DNA of 64,000 nucleotides from Acidobacteriota bacterium. Its GTDB lineage: Bacteria; Acidobacteriota; Thermoanaerobaculia; Gp7-AA8. Under the pieces are notes generated by a model that had not been told where the DNA came from, ran no database searches, and was given only the letters and a program-made list of their open reading frames with translations. How positions within the stretch are numbered: the stretch's first letter is position 1; the number at the start of each line of letters is the position of its first letter. Below, one piece after another: positions 40,901-52,394 of the stretch. A program made the translations under genes and the position numbers. Location: contig JAFATB010000022.1 in assembly GCA_019244185.1 (NCBI GenBank), positions 192,001-256,000 of the forward strand. Direction: 5' to 3'.

Positions 40901-40922
40901 GGGCGGGAACTATAATGGAGAC
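40901..40922. promoter_or_regulatory. Overlapping back-to-back -10 elements (bidirectional promoter)
   Basis: TATAAT (+, 40911-40916) and TATAGT (-, 40914-40909) in a 22-bp gap between divergent ATGs. Confidence 0.6.
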
Positions 40923-41492
40923 ATGGCCGCGCGATTACGCGAGCACGCCACGTACGACGACCTGCTGCAGGTGCCGGACACGATGGTGGCGGAGCTGATC
41001 GAGGGGGAGTTGTTCGCGTCGCCGCGGCCCGGGTGGGCGCACGCGCGGGCGTCGTCGCGTCTCGGGATGATCCTCGGCACTCCGTTTGATCTCGGCGACA
41101 ACGGTCCCGGCGGTTGGTGGATCATCGATGAGCCGGAACTCCACTTCAGGCATAACGTGGTCGTGCCCGATCTTGCTGGATGGCGGCGCGAGCACATGCC
41201 GGTGCCGCCGAAGAATCACATCTTCAACGTGGTGCCGGATTGGATCTGCGAGGTCACCTCACCTTCAAACGGCCGGCTCGACCGGCTCAAGAAATTGCCG
41301 CTCTACGCGCGCGAAGGCGTCGCATACGCGTGGCTCATTGATCCTGAGCAGCAGGTTCTCGAAGTGCACCGGAACGAGGATGGCCACTGGGCGTCCGACG
41401 CGACATACGGTGAGAACCAGGTTGTTCGCGCCAATCCCTTCTCTGAAATCGAGATTGACCTCAGCCGCCTCTGGGGCCCGCCACCCGCCTAA
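40923..41492 (+). CDS. Uma2-family (PD-(D/E)XK) endonuclease-like protein
   Basis: 'AELIEGEL..P', 'VVPDLAGW', 'PDWICEVTSPS', 'KLPLYAREGV..WLIDP'. Confidence 0.9.
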   Translation: MAARLREHATYDDLLQVPDTMVAELIEGELFASPRPGWAHARASSRLGMILGTPFDLGDNGPGGWWIIDEPELHFRHNVVVPDLAGWRREHMPVPPKNHIFNVVPDWICEVTSPSNGRLDRLKKLPLYAREGVAYAWLIDPEQQVLEVHRNEDGHWASDATYGENQVVRANPFSEIEIDLSRLWGPPPA

Positions 41493-41621
41493 GCCCGCCC
41501 ACCCCACGTGTATCCGCCCTGACCAACCTTCCCTGCAGCAGCACGTGCAACTAGGCTATGCCCTTAGCGCAGCCGGCCGAGCCGGCGCGCAGCTGGCCGG
41601 GGCGGCTACAATCCCGCGACT

Positions 41622-42827
41622 ATGAATCTCGAGGAACAACTGGAGTACCTCGGCAAGGGGACCGTCGATCTCATCGAGCGCGCGGACCTCAAAGCCAAGA
41701 TCCAGCGCGGCAAACCGCTCACCATCAAAGTCGGCTTCGATCCGACCGCGCCCGACATCCACCTCGGCCACACGGTCGTGATCCGCAAGATGAAGCACTT
41801 CCAGCAGCTCGGCCATCGCGTCATCTTCCTCATCGGCGACTTCACCGGTCTCATCGGCGATCCGACGGGAAAGAAAGCGACGCGGCCCGCGCTCTCGCGT
41901 GAAGAAGTGCTCGCGAACGCGGAGACCTACCGCCGCCAGGTCTACAAGATCCTCGACGCCGAAAAGACGGAAGTCCGCTTCAACTCCGAATGGCTCGGCG
42001 CCCTCGGCGCGGAAGGGATGATCCGCCTCGCCGCGAAGTACACGCTGGCGCGCATCCTCGAGCGCGACGACTTTCGCAAACGCTTCGACGCGCATCAGCC
42101 GATCGCGATCCACGAGCTGCTCTATCCGCTCGCGCAGGGCTACGACTCCGTCGCGCTGAAGTGCGACGTCGAGATGGGCGGCACCGATCAGCTCTTCAAT
42201 CTGCTCGTCGGCCGCGATCTCATGCGCGAGTACGGGCTCGAGCCGCAGGTCGTCATCACCATGCCGCTGCTCGAAGGGCTCGACGGCGTCGAGAAGATGT
42301 CGAAGTCGCTCGGCAACTACATCGGTATCGACGAGGAGCCGGGCTCGATCTTCGGCAAGATCATGTCCATCTCCGACGCGCTGATGTGGAAGTACTACAC
42401 GCTCTGCACCGACTTCACGCCCGCGCAGGTCGACACGCTGCGGGCGCGCGTCGAAGCGGGCGAGGTGCATCCGATGGACGCGAAGAAGGAGCTCGCGAAG
42501 TCGATCATCCGCGACTTCCATGACGAGGCCGCGGCCGACGCCGCCGACGCCGAATTCCGCCGCGTCTTCAGCGAGCGTCAGGCGCCGACCGACATCGAGG
42601 AAACATCGCTCCCCGCCAGCGACGAGCCGCAGCCGCTCGCGAAGATCATCACCGCGGCGGGACTGGCGGCGAGCAACAAAGACGCGCAGCGCCTCATCGC
42701 GCAGGGCGGCGTGCTCGTCGACGACGCGAAGGTCGAGTCGACGCGCCACGCGCTCGACGCCGCGGCGGGGAAGACGTATCTGCTGAAAGTCGGCAAACGC
42801 CGCTTCGCGCGCATCACCTTCGCGTAA
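41622..42827 (+). CDS. tyrS: Tyrosine--tRNA ligase
   Basis: [24 protein letters not shown]-terminal S4 domain 'VGKRRF'. Confidence 0.97.
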   Translation: MNLEEQLEYLGKGTVDLIERADLKAKIQRGKPLTIKVGFDPTAPDIHLGHTVVIRKMKHFQQLGHRVIFLIGDFTGLIGDPTGKKATRPALSREEVLANAETYRRQVYKILDAEKTEVRFNSEWLGALGAEGMIRLAAKYTLARILERDDFRKRFDAHQPIAIHELLYPLAQGYDSVALKCDVEMGGTDQLFNLLVGRDLMREYGLEPQVVITMPLLEGLDGVEKMSKSLGNYIGIDEEPGSIFGKIMSISDALMWKYYTLCTDFTPAQVDTLRARVEAGEVHPMDAKKELAKSIIRDFHDEAAADAADAEFRRVFSERQAPTDIEETSLPASDEPQPLAKIITAAGLAASNKDAQRLIAQGGVLVDDAKVESTRHALDAAAGKTYLLKVGKRRFARITFA

Positions 42828-42832
42828 AACGA

Positions 42833-42860
42833 AACGCGCCGGCATCGCTGCCGGCGCGTT
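42833..42860. terminator. Hairpin between convergent genes
   Basis: aacgcgccggca-tcgc-tgccggcgcgtt, with a T-run on the minus-strand side. Confidence 0.65.
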
Positions 42861-42887
42861 CGTGCGTGTTGATTCGCGTTCGGGTTC

Positions 42888-43970
42888 CTACTGATAGCGG
42901 ACCGGAATGCGGAGCAGCGTCGTGGCGAAGTCGGACGTCGCGCGCACGACCAACTCGCCGGTGCGGCCTTTCAGCTCGCCCGGCGCGCCGACGCGCACGG
43001 TGCCGTTCGCGTCGAGCAGCGTCGCGGCGGCGGGCTCGTCGATCGAGACGATCTCCAGCGTCACGTTCTCGCCGAACTCGCCGGCGGCGACGACGCGGAA
43101 GTACTGCGGAAAGGCGAGCGTCGAGATCGCGATCGGCGCGTCGAGCACGCCGTCGCCGTTCGCATCGGCCACGTCGACGGTGCCGTTCTCATCGAGATCG
43201 ACGCCGGCGAAGAGGATGTTCACGTCGTCGCGCGTGCGCACGCTCGGGACGAACGACGGATCGCCGGTGTTGTTGTTGATCGCGCTGCCGTAGAAGATCG
43301 CGTTGCCGGACGTGACGCGCGCCTGCACGGTGTCGTTGTTCTGTTCCTGCACGCCGAGGAGGGAAGCGATGCCGCTGTTGTACTGCACGTGCTCGCCGGC
43401 GGCGTAAGTCACATCTTTCGACGTCGCGACGGTGCCGTTCGCACGCACGACTTCCCACGTCACGCTCGCGGCGTTGACGGCGTAAACACCGAAGTTGAAG
43501 CGCGTGATGGCGGCGTTCGAAGGACCGGTGAGCGCGGCGATGTCGCCGGCGCCGCTGGCGTTCGCGACGTCGACCGCGGGGATGTCCTGTCCGAACTCGC
43601 CGGCGGGTGAGGTGTTGAACGTGCGCGAGGTGACGGCGACGGACTTGGCGCTCTTGTCGTCGACGGTGATCACGATCGCGCCGGTGGCGGACGAGAGACC
43701 GAAGCGCGTCTTCGCGATGTCGGCAATCGACACCGTCTCGCGCGGCTGCAGCGTCACCTCGACGGGACCGCGCACGTCGGTGCCGGTGTGGAACGCGAGC
43801 GACAGCGTGACCGCACGCGGACCGGACGTGTGCAGCGTGAGCTCGCTCTGCCACTGGCTGTTGTTCGCGCCCGGGCCCGTGCCCGCGGCCGGAACGACGA
43901 TGGTCGCCGCCTGCGCGGCGAGCGGCAGCAGCGAGAGTGCGGCCGCGGTGATGAGATTGCGATAGTTCAT
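42888..43970 (-). CDS. Secreted beta-rich hypothetical protein with a Ca-binding-like DxDxNG motif
   Basis: SD GGAGG; signal peptide; 'VVPAAGTGPGANNSQWQSEL'; 'DLDENGTVDVADANGDG'. Confidence 0.75.
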   Translation of the reverse strand: MNYRNLITAAALSLLPLAAQAATIVVPAAGTGPGANNSQWQSELTLHTSGPRAVTLSLAFHTGTDVRGPVEVTLQPRETVSIADIAKTRFGLSSATGAIVITVDDKSAKSVAVTSRTFNTSPAGEFGQDIPAVDVANASGAGDIAALTGPSNAAITRFNFGVYAVNAASVTWEVVRANGTVATSKDVTYAAGEHVQYNSGIASLLGVQEQNNDTVQARVTSGNAIFYGSAINNNTGDPSFVPSVRTRDDVNILFAGVDLDENGTVDVADANGDGVLDAPIAISTLAFPQYFRVVAAGEFGENVTLEIVSIDEPAAATLLDANGTVRVGAPGELKGRTGELVVRATSDFATTLLRIPVRYQ

Positions 43971-44159
43971 GGTGATGCCTCCTGGTTTGTGCGGGCCGCT
44001 GATTTGCGGCCGCCGTTGTTGCCCGTAAGTACGGAGGCGTCGCGAAAACTGTCTATCGAATTGTGTGCTGTAAAAGAGAGACGGAAAAGAAGTCTGGCGA
44101 GGCGTTCGTGATACGCGGCGCGGCGCGAAAACGTCCAATGAACTAGACTGCGCGGCGCC

Positions 44160-45284
44160 ATGGCCATCCCGCTGCTCGACCTCAAACAGCAATACGCCGC
44201 GATCCGCGACGAGGCGCTCCGCGTCACCGCCGAGATCTACGAATCCCAGCTCTTCATCCTCGGCAAACGCGTCGACGACTTCGAGCGCGACTTCGCCGCC
44301 TACTGCACGACCAGGCACGCCGTCGGCGTCTCGTCCGGCACCGACGCGCTGCTCGAAGCGCTGATGGTGCTCGGCGTCGGACCGGGCGACGAAGTGATCG
44401 TCCCCGCGTACAGCTTCTTCGCCACCGCCGGCGTCGTGGCGCGGCTCGGCGCGATTCCCGTGTTCGTCGACATCACGCTCGACGACTACAACCTCGATCC
44501 CGCGCAGATCGAAGCGCGCATCACGCCGCGCACGAAAGCGATCATGCCGGTGCACCTCTACGGCCAGTGCGCGCCGATGGACGAGATCATGGCCATCGCG
44601 AACGCCCGCAACATTCCGGTCGTCGAAGACGCCGCGCAGGCGGTCGGCGCCGACTATCGCGGCAAACGCGCGGGCGCGATCGGCGCGATGGGCGCGTTCT
44701 CGTTCTTCCCGTCGAAGAACCTCGGCGCGTTCGGCGATGCCGGCGCGATCACGACCAACGACGACGAGCTCGCGGTGAAGCTCATCGACTATCGCGTGCA
44801 CGGCATGCGGCCGAAGTACTTCCATCACGTCGTCGGCGGCAACTTCCGCATCGACGCGCTGCAGGCGGCGATGCTCCACATCAAACTGCCGCATCTCGAG
44901 TCGTGGCACGACGGACGCCGCCGCAACGCGGAGCTCTATCGCCGCCACTTCGCCGCGACCAATGCGGGCGAGCGCGTCGTGCTGCCGGAAGAACTGCCGG
45001 GACGTCGCCACATCTACAACCAGTTCGTGATTCGCTTTCCAGAAGGCAGCGAAACGCGCGATCGCGTGATGGCGCATCTCAAGAGCGTGGCCATCGGCTG
45101 CGAGGTCTATTACCCGCTCACGCTGCCGCAGCAGGAATGCTTCCGCGACGTGCCGGGCGCGCATGACGCATATCCGAACTCCGACGCCGCGGCGGCGCAG
45201 ACGCTGGCCATTCCGATCTTCCCGGAGCTGACCGAAGCGCAGATCGCAGAAGTGGTGAGGGAGATCGTTCAGGGACTCGGATGA
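44160..45284 (+). CDS. DegT/DnrJ/EryC1/StrS sugar aminotransferase
   Basis: SSGTDAL, VHLYGQ, EDAAQA, 'FSFFPSKNLG'. Confidence 0.94.
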   Translation: MAIPLLDLKQQYAAIRDEALRVTAEIYESQLFILGKRVDDFERDFAAYCTTRHAVGVSSGTDALLEALMVLGVGPGDEVIVPAYSFFATAGVVARLGAIPVFVDITLDDYNLDPAQIEARITPRTKAIMPVHLYGQCAPMDEIMAIANARNIPVVEDAAQAVGADYRGKRAGAIGAMGAFSFFPSKNLGAFGDAGAITTNDDELAVKLIDYRVHGMRPKYFHHVVGGNFRIDALQAAMLHIKLPHLESWHDGRRRNAELYRRHFAATNAGERVVLPEELPGRRHIYNQFVIRFPEGSETRDRVMAHLKSVAIGCEVYYPLTLPQQECFRDVPGAHDAYPNSDAAAAQTLAIPIFPELTEAQIAEVVREIVQGLG

Positions 45285-45976
45285 TTCCGATCCGCCACAC
45301 CATCGAGCGGACGAGGCCTCCGCTCGTCAACCGCGCGCTCGTTGCGGCGAACGTCGTCGTGTTCCTCGCGCAGCTCTTCATGGGCGACACGACCGAGCGC
45401 ATCATCCAGACGTTCGGCTTCATGCCCGCGCGCCTCGTCGATCCCGGCGCGTACGGTTACGCCGGCTGGGAAGTGTCGATCACGCTCTTCACGTCGCTCT
45501 TCCTGCACGGCGGTTTCGTGCATCTGATCGGAAACCTCATCTACCTCTGGGTGTTCGGCGGCGCGGTCGAGGACGCGGTGGGGCACTTCCGCTTTTTCCT
45601 GATGTACATCGCGTGCGGCGCGATCGGCAGTCTCACGCACACCGTGCTGTTCCCGCATTCCACCGTGCCGTCGATCGGTGCGTCCGGCAGTATTGCCGGA
45701 CTGCTCGGCGCCTTTCTGGTCTTACGGCCGCACGCGAAAATCGTGACGCTGTTCCCGCTCGTCGTTTATTGGGCGATGGCGGAGATTCCGGCGGTGCTCT
45801 TCCTGCCGGTGTGGTTCGGCATGCAGTTCTTCAACGGCTTCCTCGCGCTGCAGGCCGCGCGCGGCACGCAGGAAGTGGTCGGCATTGCGTGGTGGGCGCA
45901 CGTCGGCGGCTTTCTCTTCGGCGCGCTGCTGGCGGCGCTGTTCCGGCGCAACGATAGAATGCGCGCCCATGCGTAA
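45281..45976 (+). CDS. Rhomboid intramembrane serine protease
   Basis: 'HLIGN', 'IGASG', 'AWWAHVGG'. Confidence 0.93.
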   Translation: MIPIRHTIERTRPPLVNRALVAANVVVFLAQLFMGDTTERIIQTFGFMPARLVDPGAYGYAGWEVSITLFTSLFLHGGFVHLIGNLIYLWVFGGAVEDAVGHFRFFLMYIACGAIGSLTHTVLFPHSTVPSIGASGSIAGLLGAFLVLRPHAKIVTLFPLVVYWAMAEIPAVLFLPVWFGMQFFNGFLALQAARGTQEVVGIAWWAHVGGFLFGALLAALFRRNDRMRAHA

Positions 45977-46841
45977 AGGTCTCATTCTCGCCGGAGGCTC
46001 GGGAACGCGCCTCTATCCGATCACCTCGGTCGTCTCGAAGCAGCTCCTGCCGGTGTACGACAAGCCGATGGTGTACTACCCGCTGACGACGTTGATGCTC
46101 GCCGGCATCCGCGAGTTCCTCATCATCACCACGCCGCAGGACCAGGCCTCGTTCATCAAGCTTCTCGGCGACGGCCATCAGTGGGGCATCGACATTCAGT
46201 ACGCCGTTCAGACCGCGCCGCGAGGACTCGCCGATGCCTTCATCGTCGGCCGCGACTTCGTCGGCGACGATCCGAGCTGTCTCATCCTCGGCGACAACAT
46301 CTTCTACGGCCACGGTCTGACGGATGGTCTGCAGCGCGCCGCCGCGCGCATCGAAGGCGCGACCGTTTTCGCGTATCGCGTGCAGGATCCCGAGCGCTAC
46401 GGCGTCGTCGACATCGACGCGGAGGGCCGCGCGCTGTCGATCGAGGAGAAGCCCGCGCAGCCGAAGTCGAATCTCGCCGTGACGGGTTTGTACTTTTACG
46501 ATCCGCAGGTCGTCGAGATCGCGGCGACGCTGCCGCCGTCGAAGCGCGGCGAGCTCGAGATCACCGACGTCAACCGCATCTATCTCGAGCGCGGCGCATT
46601 GCACGTCGAACAGCTCGGGCGCGGCTTCGCGTGGTTCGACACGGGAACGCAGGAGTCGCTGCTGGCCGCGTCGAACTTCGTGGCGACGGTGGAGATGCGG
46701 CAGGGACTGAAGATCGCCTGCCCCGAAGAGGTCGCCTACTTCATGGGCGCGATCGATGCCGACCGCGTCCGCGAGCACGCGGCGTCGTTGAAAAACAGTA
46801 CATACGGCCGGTATCTGCTCACCATCGCCAACGGGGAATAA
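45969..46841 (+). CDS. rfbA: Glucose-1-phosphate thymidylyltransferase
   Basis: '[26 protein letters not shown]', 'RGELEITD'. Confidence 0.96.
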   Translation: MRKGLILAGGSGTRLYPITSVVSKQLLPVYDKPMVYYPLTTLMLAGIREFLIITTPQDQASFIKLLGDGHQWGIDIQYAVQTAPRGLADAFIVGRDFVGDDPSCLILGDNIFYGHGLTDGLQRAAARIEGATVFAYRVQDPERYGVVDIDAEGRALSIEEKPAQPKSNLAVTGLYFYDPQVVEIAATLPPSKRGELEITDVNRIYLERGALHVEQLGRGFAWFDTGTQESLLAASNFVATVEMRQGLKIACPEEVAYFMGAIDADRVREHAASLKNSTYGRYLLTIANGE

Positions 46842-46872
46842 CGCCGCGCCGCTTGGTACTATGGACGCGAGC

Positions 46873-47991
46873 ATGTCCATCCCCCGGCGCGTCGTGGTTC
46901 TGGTCGCTGTCCTTCTGCTCGCCGCAGCGACGTTTGCGGTGCTCCTCGCGCCGCCGCGCTTCCTGCTGCGGAGCATCTCGGTGGCCAGCGCGGACCTGCT
47001 GCTGAGCGGCGCGAATCCGAACGACGGCCGCGTCGTCGCCGCGGGCAGGCGGTTCTTCAGCGCGTGGGTGCAGTCGTCGCTGGCGGCGTCCGTCGCCGAC
47101 CGCGTGGCCACGTCCGCACGCGATGAGGTCGCGCTCGGCCAGATCGTCGTGACGGTGCGCAACGCGATCATCAATCACGAGCAACTCGATCACGTCCCGA
47201 AGACGTGGCCGGCGCTGATCTCCGGACTCGGCTACTGCGACCAGATCAACGGCTCGGTCGCCGCCGTCGCCGCGCGCCGTTTCGGCCAGGCCGAGCTCTT
47301 CGCGTTGTACGACCGCAACGGACTGACGTCGCCGCATACGATCGGCCGTGTATGGTCGCCGCAGCGGAACGAATGGCTTTACTTCGACGCCTTCTACTCG
47401 GTGCCGATCGTCTTCACGAAAGACGCGCGGGGCCGCGCGCATTACGCGCGCGTCGACGGCGGCGTGCTGCCGTCGCGCGGCGTGCCGCTGTACTGGGAGT
47501 ACGACCTCTCCGGCTGGACGCTCTCGCGGTTCCGCGCGTCGTTCGCGGCGCAGGTCGTCGCGCGCGCGCGGCGTGAGGCGTTTGCGCCGCCGGCCGTCGT
47601 CGTTGCGGAAGCGGTCGCACGCGGCGGCGAAGCGGGCTTGCAGAAACCGCCGTCGTACTCCGCGGCCGTCGCGCAGCGCCGGTACGCGGGACCGCCGCCG
47701 TCCGCCGCGGCATCCGCGATCTGCTGCGGCTTCGACGCACCGCCGCCGCGTCGCGCGAGCGACGTGCGTCCTCCGGCGGCGGAAGTGCTCGAGCATCGCG
47801 ACGACGCGACGTACGAGCGCCTCGCGCGTGCCTTCGTCGAAGCGCGCTTTGACACGCTCACCGAAGGCGCGAACGTCGAGGCGTATCGCGCGATCGCCGA
47901 GGATCCGAGGGCAGAGCGGGATGACCGCGCGCGGCAGATTGCGCAGGTCGCGCGGAAGCTCGTCGGACAGATGGTGACGCAGCCGCAATGA
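46873..47991 (+). CDS. Membrane-anchored hypothetical protein with a transglutaminase-like Cys-His-Asp motif set
   Basis: N-terminal TM; 'GYCDQ...PHTIGRVW...WLYFDA'; alternative ATG at 46861; ATGA overlap with gmd. Confidence 0.55.
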   Translation: MSIPRRVVVLVAVLLLAAATFAVLLAPPRFLLRSISVASADLLLSGANPNDGRVVAAGRRFFSAWVQSSLAASVADRVATSARDEVALGQIVVTVRNAIINHEQLDHVPKTWPALISGLGYCDQINGSVAAVAARRFGQAELFALYDRNGLTSPHTIGRVWSPQRNEWLYFDAFYSVPIVFTKDARGRAHYARVDGGVLPSRGVPLYWEYDLSGWTLSRFRASFAAQVVARARREAFAPPAVVVAEAVARGGEAGLQKPPSYSAAVAQRRYAGPPPSAAASAICCGFDAPPPRRASDVRPPAAEVLEHRDDATYERLARAFVEARFDTLTEGANVEAYRAIAEDPRAERDDRARQIAQVARKLVGQMVTQPQ

Positions 47992-49046
47992 CGAAGCGCG
48001 CGCTGGTCACGGGCATCACCGGGCAGGACGGTTCGTACCTCACCGAGCTTTTGCTCGAGAAAGGGTACGAGGTGCACGGCATCATCCGCCGTTCGTCCTC
48101 GTTCAACACGGGACGCATCGATCATCTGTATCAGGACGTCCACGATCCCGAGCGGAAGCTCTTCCTGCACTACGGCGACATGAACGACGCGTCGTCGCTC
48201 AACCGCGTGCTGCGCCTCTGCACGCCCGACGAGATCTACAACCTCGCCGCGCAGAGCCACGTGAAAGTGTCGTTCGAGACGCCGGAGTACACGAGCGAGA
48301 TCAACGCCGTCGGTCAACTGCGGCTGCTCGAGGCGATCCGCGAAGTCGACCTGCGTCCGCGCATCTACCAGGCGTCGTCGTCGGAGATGTTCGGCAGCTC
48401 GCCGTCGCCGCAGAGCGAGACCACGCCGTTCGCGCCGCGCAGTCCGTATGCGATCGCGAAGCTCGACGCGTACTGGATGACCGTCAACTACCGCGAGGCG
48501 TACGGCCTCTTCGCCGTCAACGGCATCCTCTTCAACCACGAGTCGCCGCGGCGCGGCGAGACGTTCGTCACGCGCAAGGTCACGCGCGCGGTCGGGCGCA
48601 TCGTGCACGGATTGCAGGACCGGCTGTACGTCGGCAACCTCGAGGCGCGGCGCGACTGGGGTTACGCGCGCGACTATGTCGAGGCGATGTGGCTCATGCT
48701 GCAGCAGTCCGAGCCCGACGACTACGTCGTGGCCACCGGTGAGTCGCACACCGTGCGCGAGCTGTGCGAGGTCGCGTTCGCGCGCGCCGGCTTCGCGCTC
48801 GAATGGAGCGGGGCGGGGGAGAAGGAGCGGGGGATCGACCGCACGTCGGGACGCACGCTCGTCGAGATCGATCCGCGCTACTTCCGTCCGACGGAAGTCG
48901 ACGATCTGCGCGGCGATGCGTCGAAAGCGCGGCGCGCGCTCGGCTGGTCGCCGCGCGTCACGTTCCGTGAGCTCATCGAAATGATGGTCGACTCCGATCT
49001 CGCCCTCGCCGAACGCGAGAAGCGCGCGAACGGAGACGGCGCGTGA
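47988..49046 (+). CDS. gmd: GDP-mannose 4,6-dehydratase
   Basis: '[10 protein letters not shown]', 'AQSHV', '[15 protein letters not shown]'. Confidence 0.97.
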   Translation: MTKRALVTGITGQDGSYLTELLLEKGYEVHGIIRRSSSFNTGRIDHLYQDVHDPERKLFLHYGDMNDASSLNRVLRLCTPDEIYNLAAQSHVKVSFETPEYTSEINAVGQLRLLEAIREVDLRPRIYQASSSEMFGSSPSPQSETTPFAPRSPYAIAKLDAYWMTVNYREAYGLFAVNGILFNHESPRRGETFVTRKVTRAVGRIVHGLQDRLYVGNLEARRDWGYARDYVEAMWLMLQQSEPDDYVVATGESHTVRELCEVAFARAGFALEWSGAGEKERGIDRTSGRTLVEIDPRYFRPTEVDDLRGDASKARRALGWSPRVTFRELIEMMVDSDLALAEREKRANGDGA

Positions 49047-49996
49047 CGCTCTGGCCGGCGCGCCGCGTGCTGCTGACCGGCGCCGGCGGCTTTCTCGGCT
49101 CGCACCTGCGCGAGCGGCTCGAATCCCTCGGCGTCGCCGCGCTGTTCGCACCGCCGCGCGCCGAGCTCGATCTGCGCGACGGTGTCGCGGTCACGCGCTA
49201 TCTCGACGAGAAGCGTCCGAACCTCGTCATCCACGCCGCGGCGAACGTCGGCGGCATCGGCGCGAACCGCGCACACCCCGGCCAGTTCTTCCACGACAAC
49301 GCGCTGATGGGCATTCAGCTCATCGAAGCCTCGCGCCGTGCCGGCGTCGAGAAGTTCCTCTGCCTCGGCACCGTCTGCGCGTATCCGAAGTTCACGCCGC
49401 TGCCGTTCCGCGAGAGCGATCTGTGGAACGGCTATCCCGAAGAGACCAACGCGCCGTACGGCCTCGCGAAGCGCATGCTGCTCGTGCAGCTGCAGGCGTA
49501 CCGGCAGGAGTACGGCTTCAACGGCATCTACCTGCTGCCGGCGAATCTCTACGGTCCACGCGACAACTTCGATCTCGAGACCAGTCACGTCATTCCGGCG
49601 ATGATCCGCAAGTTCGTCGAAGCGGACGAAGAGAGCGCGCCGGTCGTCACGCTGTGGGGCGACGGCACGCCGACGCGCGAGTTTCTGCACGTCACCGACG
49701 CCGCCGACGCCGTGCTGCTCGCGGCCGAGCGGTACGACGGCGCGGAGCCGGTGAACATCGGCACCGGCGAGTCGGTATCGATCGCGCAGCTCGCCGATCT
49801 CGTCGCGGATGCCACCGGCTATCGCGGCCGGATCGAATGGAACGTCGCGCAGCCCGGCGGACAACCGAAGCGGCAGCTCGACACCACGCGTGCGCGGGAA
49901 GCGTTCGGTTTCACCGCGCGCGTGCGGCTCGCCGACGGGCTGCGGGAAGCGGTGGCGTGGTATAAAACGCGCCGCCCGCCGCGGCCCACGCCATGA
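49043..49996 (+). CDS. fcl: GDP-L-fucose synthase
   Basis: '[10 protein letters not shown]', 'NLYGPRDNF', '[10 protein letters not shown]'. Confidence 0.93.
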   Translation: MTLWPARRVLLTGAGGFLGSHLRERLESLGVAALFAPPRAELDLRDGVAVTRYLDEKRPNLVIHAAANVGGIGANRAHPGQFFHDNALMGIQLIEASRRAGVEKFLCLGTVCAYPKFTPLPFRESDLWNGYPEETNAPYGLAKRMLLVQLQAYRQEYGFNGIYLLPANLYGPRDNFDLETSHVIPAMIRKFVEADEESAPVVTLWGDGTPTREFLHVTDAADAVLLAAERYDGAEPVNIGTGESVSIAQLADLVADATGYRGRIEWNVAQPGGQPKRQLDTTRAREAFGFTARVRLADGLREAVAWYKTRRPPRPTP

Positions 49997-51003
49997 AGAT
50001 TCTTCTCACCGGCGCCGCCGGTTTCATCGGGTTCCACGTCACGCAACGCCTGCTCGCGCGCGGCGACTCCGTCGTCGGCATCGACAACCTCAACGACTAC
50101 TACGATCCGTCGTTGAAGGACGCGCGTCTGGCGATGTTGCGCGAGTCGCCGCGGTTCACGTTCGAACGCGCCGACATCTCCGACACCGGCGCGGTGCTGC
50201 GACTCTTTGATATCCATCGACCCGAGCGCGTGGTCAACCTCGCCGCGCAGGCGGGCGTGCGCTACTCGCTCATCAATCCGCACGCGTACACGCAGAGCAA
50301 CGTCAGCGGATTTCTGAACATCCTCGAAGGCTGCCGCGCGACGAACGTCGAGCATCTCGTGTACGCGTCGTCGAGCTCCGTCTACGGTGCGAACACGCGC
50401 CAGCCGTTCGCCGAAGACGACAACGTCGATCATCCGGTGTCGCTGTACGCCGCGACGAAGAAGGCGAACGAGCTGATGGCGCATACGTACTCGCATCTCT
50501 TCGGCGTGCCCACCACCGGCCTGCGCTTCTTCACCGTGTACGGTCCGTGGGGGCGCCCCGACATGGCGCTCTTCAAGTTCACGCGCGGCATCCTCGAAGA
50601 GACGCCGATCGAGGTCTACAACGAAGGCCGCATGGTGCGCGACTTCACGTATGTCGACGACGTCGCGGAAGGCGTCGTGCGGGTGCTCGATCATGTCGCC
50701 GCGCCCGATCCCGACTTCGATCCCACGCAGCCGCGCCCGTCGCGCAGCCGCGCGCCGTATCGCGTCTTCAACATCGGCAACAACCGGCCGGTGCAGCTCC
50801 TCGACTACATCCACGTCCTCGAAGAGTGCCTCGGGAAGAAAGCAAGGATGGAACTGCTTCCGATGCAGCCGGGAGACGTGCCGTCGACGATGGCCGACGT
50901 CTCGCAGCTCGAGGAAGCGGTCGGCTTCCGGCCCGTCACCAGCGTCCGCGACGGCGTGGCCGCGTTCGTGGCGTGGTACAAAAACTACTATCGGATCCCC
51001 TGA
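49993..51003 (+). CDS. NAD-dependent epimerase (UDP-glucuronate 4-epimerase type)
   Basis: '[10 protein letters not shown]', 'YAATKKANE', '[10 protein letters not shown]'. Confidence 0.92.
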   Translation: MKILLTGAAGFIGFHVTQRLLARGDSVVGIDNLNDYYDPSLKDARLAMLRESPRFTFERADISDTGAVLRLFDIHRPERVVNLAAQAGVRYSLINPHAYTQSNVSGFLNILEGCRATNVEHLVYASSSSVYGANTRQPFAEDDNVDHPVSLYAATKKANELMAHTYSHLFGVPTTGLRFFTVYGPWGRPDMALFKFTRGILEETPIEVYNEGRMVRDFTYVDDVAEGVVRVLDHVAAPDPDFDPTQPRPSRSRAPYRVFNIGNNRPVQLLDYIHVLEECLGKKARMELLPMQPGDVPSTMADVSQLEEAVGFRPVTSVRDGVAAFVAWYKNYYRIP

Positions 51004-51041
51004 TCCTCTTCAATCGGATCGGCGGAGCCGCGGAGAATCCG

Positions 51042-52385
51042 ATGTCCATCCAGGAGCAAGTCGCAGGAACGGCGCTGCTCGATCGTTTCCTCGAGGCGGT
51101 CGATGCGCGGACGGCGCGCGTCGGCGTGATCGGCCTCGGCTACGTCGGGCTGCCGCTCGTGCTGCTCTACGCCGACGGCGGCTTTCCGGTGATCGGCTTC
51201 GACGTCGACGCGAAGAAGACCCGCGCGCTCAACGCCGGCGAGTCGTACATCCGCCACATCGGCGTCGATCGCATCCGCTCCGCGTTCGCGCGCGAGCAGG
51301 TCGAGGCCACCACCGACTTCGACCGCCTCGCCGAATGCGACGCGATCATCATCTGCGTCCCGACGCCGCTCGGCGCGCATCGCGAGCCCGACCTCGACTA
51401 CATCCGCGCCACCTCCACCGAAATCGCGAAACGCCTGCGCACCGGACAACTGGTGGTGCTCGAATCGACGACCTATCCCGGCACCACGCGCGAGGAACTG
51501 CTCGCGCCGTTCGAAGCGCGCGGACTCGCGTGCGGCCGCGACTTCTTCCTCGCGTTCTCGCCCGAGCGCGAAGATCCGGGCAACGAGCGCTTCAACACGC
51601 GCACGATCCCGAAAGTCGTCGGCGGCATCGACGAGCCGTCGCTGCGCGCCGCGAAGGCGCTCTACTCGACCGTCATCAACACCGTCGTTCCTGTCTCCAG
51701 CGCCGAAGTCGCGGAGTCGTCGAAGCTGCTCGAGAACATCTTCCGCGCCGTGAACATCGCGCTCGTCAACGAGATGAAGATCGTCTTCGAGCGGATGGGC
51801 ATCGACGTCTGGGAAGTGATCGAGGCCGCGCGCACGAAGCCGTTCGGCTTCATGCCGTTCTATCCCGGCCCCGGACTCGGCGGCCACTGCATTCCGCTCG
51901 ATCCGTTCTATCTCACGTGGAAAGCCGCGGAGTACGGGACGTGGGCGCGCTTCATCGAGCTTGCGGGCGAGGTGAACACCGCCATGCCGCGCTACGTCGT
52001 CGACCGCACGGTCGAAGCGGTGAACGCCGCGGGCCGCAGCATCGTCGGTGCGCGCGTGCTCGTCCTCGGCCTCTCGTACAAGCCGGACATCGACGACGAC
52101 CGCGAGTCGCCGTCGTTTGAGCTCATCGAGCTGCTGCAGGAGCGCGGCGCGGACGTCGCGTATTGCGACCCGTACATCCCCGAGGCGCGACGAGGGCGCA
52201 AGCACGACCTGGGATTGCATTCGGTGCCGTGCACGGCGGAAGAGTTCGGAACGTACGATGCGGTCGTCGTGTCGACGCCGCACAGCCAGTTCAAGGATGC
52301 GGCGCTGTGGTCCAACGTGCGCGTCGCGGTCGATACGCGAAACATCGTGCCGCGGGACACGGCGACGCGCGTCATTCGCGCGTAG
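51042..52385 (+). CDS. Nucleotide-sugar dehydrogenase (UDP-GlcNAc 6-dehydrogenase/WbpA type)
   Basis: GLGYVG, 'LESTTYPGTT', 'SPEREDPGN', 'GGHCIPLDP'. Confidence 0.92.
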   Translation: MSIQEQVAGTALLDRFLEAVDARTARVGVIGLGYVGLPLVLLYADGGFPVIGFDVDAKKTRALNAGESYIRHIGVDRIRSAFAREQVEATTDFDRLAECDAIIICVPTPLGAHREPDLDYIRATSTEIAKRLRTGQLVVLESTTYPGTTREELLAPFEARGLACGRDFFLAFSPEREDPGNERFNTRTIPKVVGGIDEPSLRAAKALYSTVINTVVPVSSAEVAESSKLLENIFRAVNIALVNEMKIVFERMGIDVWEVIEAARTKPFGFMPFYPGPGLGGHCIPLDPFYLTWKAAEYGTWARFIELAGEVNTAMPRYVVDRTVEAVNAAGRSIVGARVLVLGLSYKPDIDDDRESPSFELIELLQERGADVAYCDPYIPEARRGRKHDLGLHSVPCTAEEFGTYDAVVVSTPHSQFKDAALWSNVRVAVDTRNIVPRDTATRVIRA

Positions 52386-52394
52386 ACTGACGCC

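Noticed and set aside
40923-41492. Uma2 gene as a defence island or mobile element
   Set aside because: It is solitary, with no methylase, integrase or flanking repeats; such genes are commonly scattered.
41493-41621. T-box riboswitch upstream of tyrS
   Set aside because: No T-box consensus or terminator; a -10 box sits 9 nt from the ATG.
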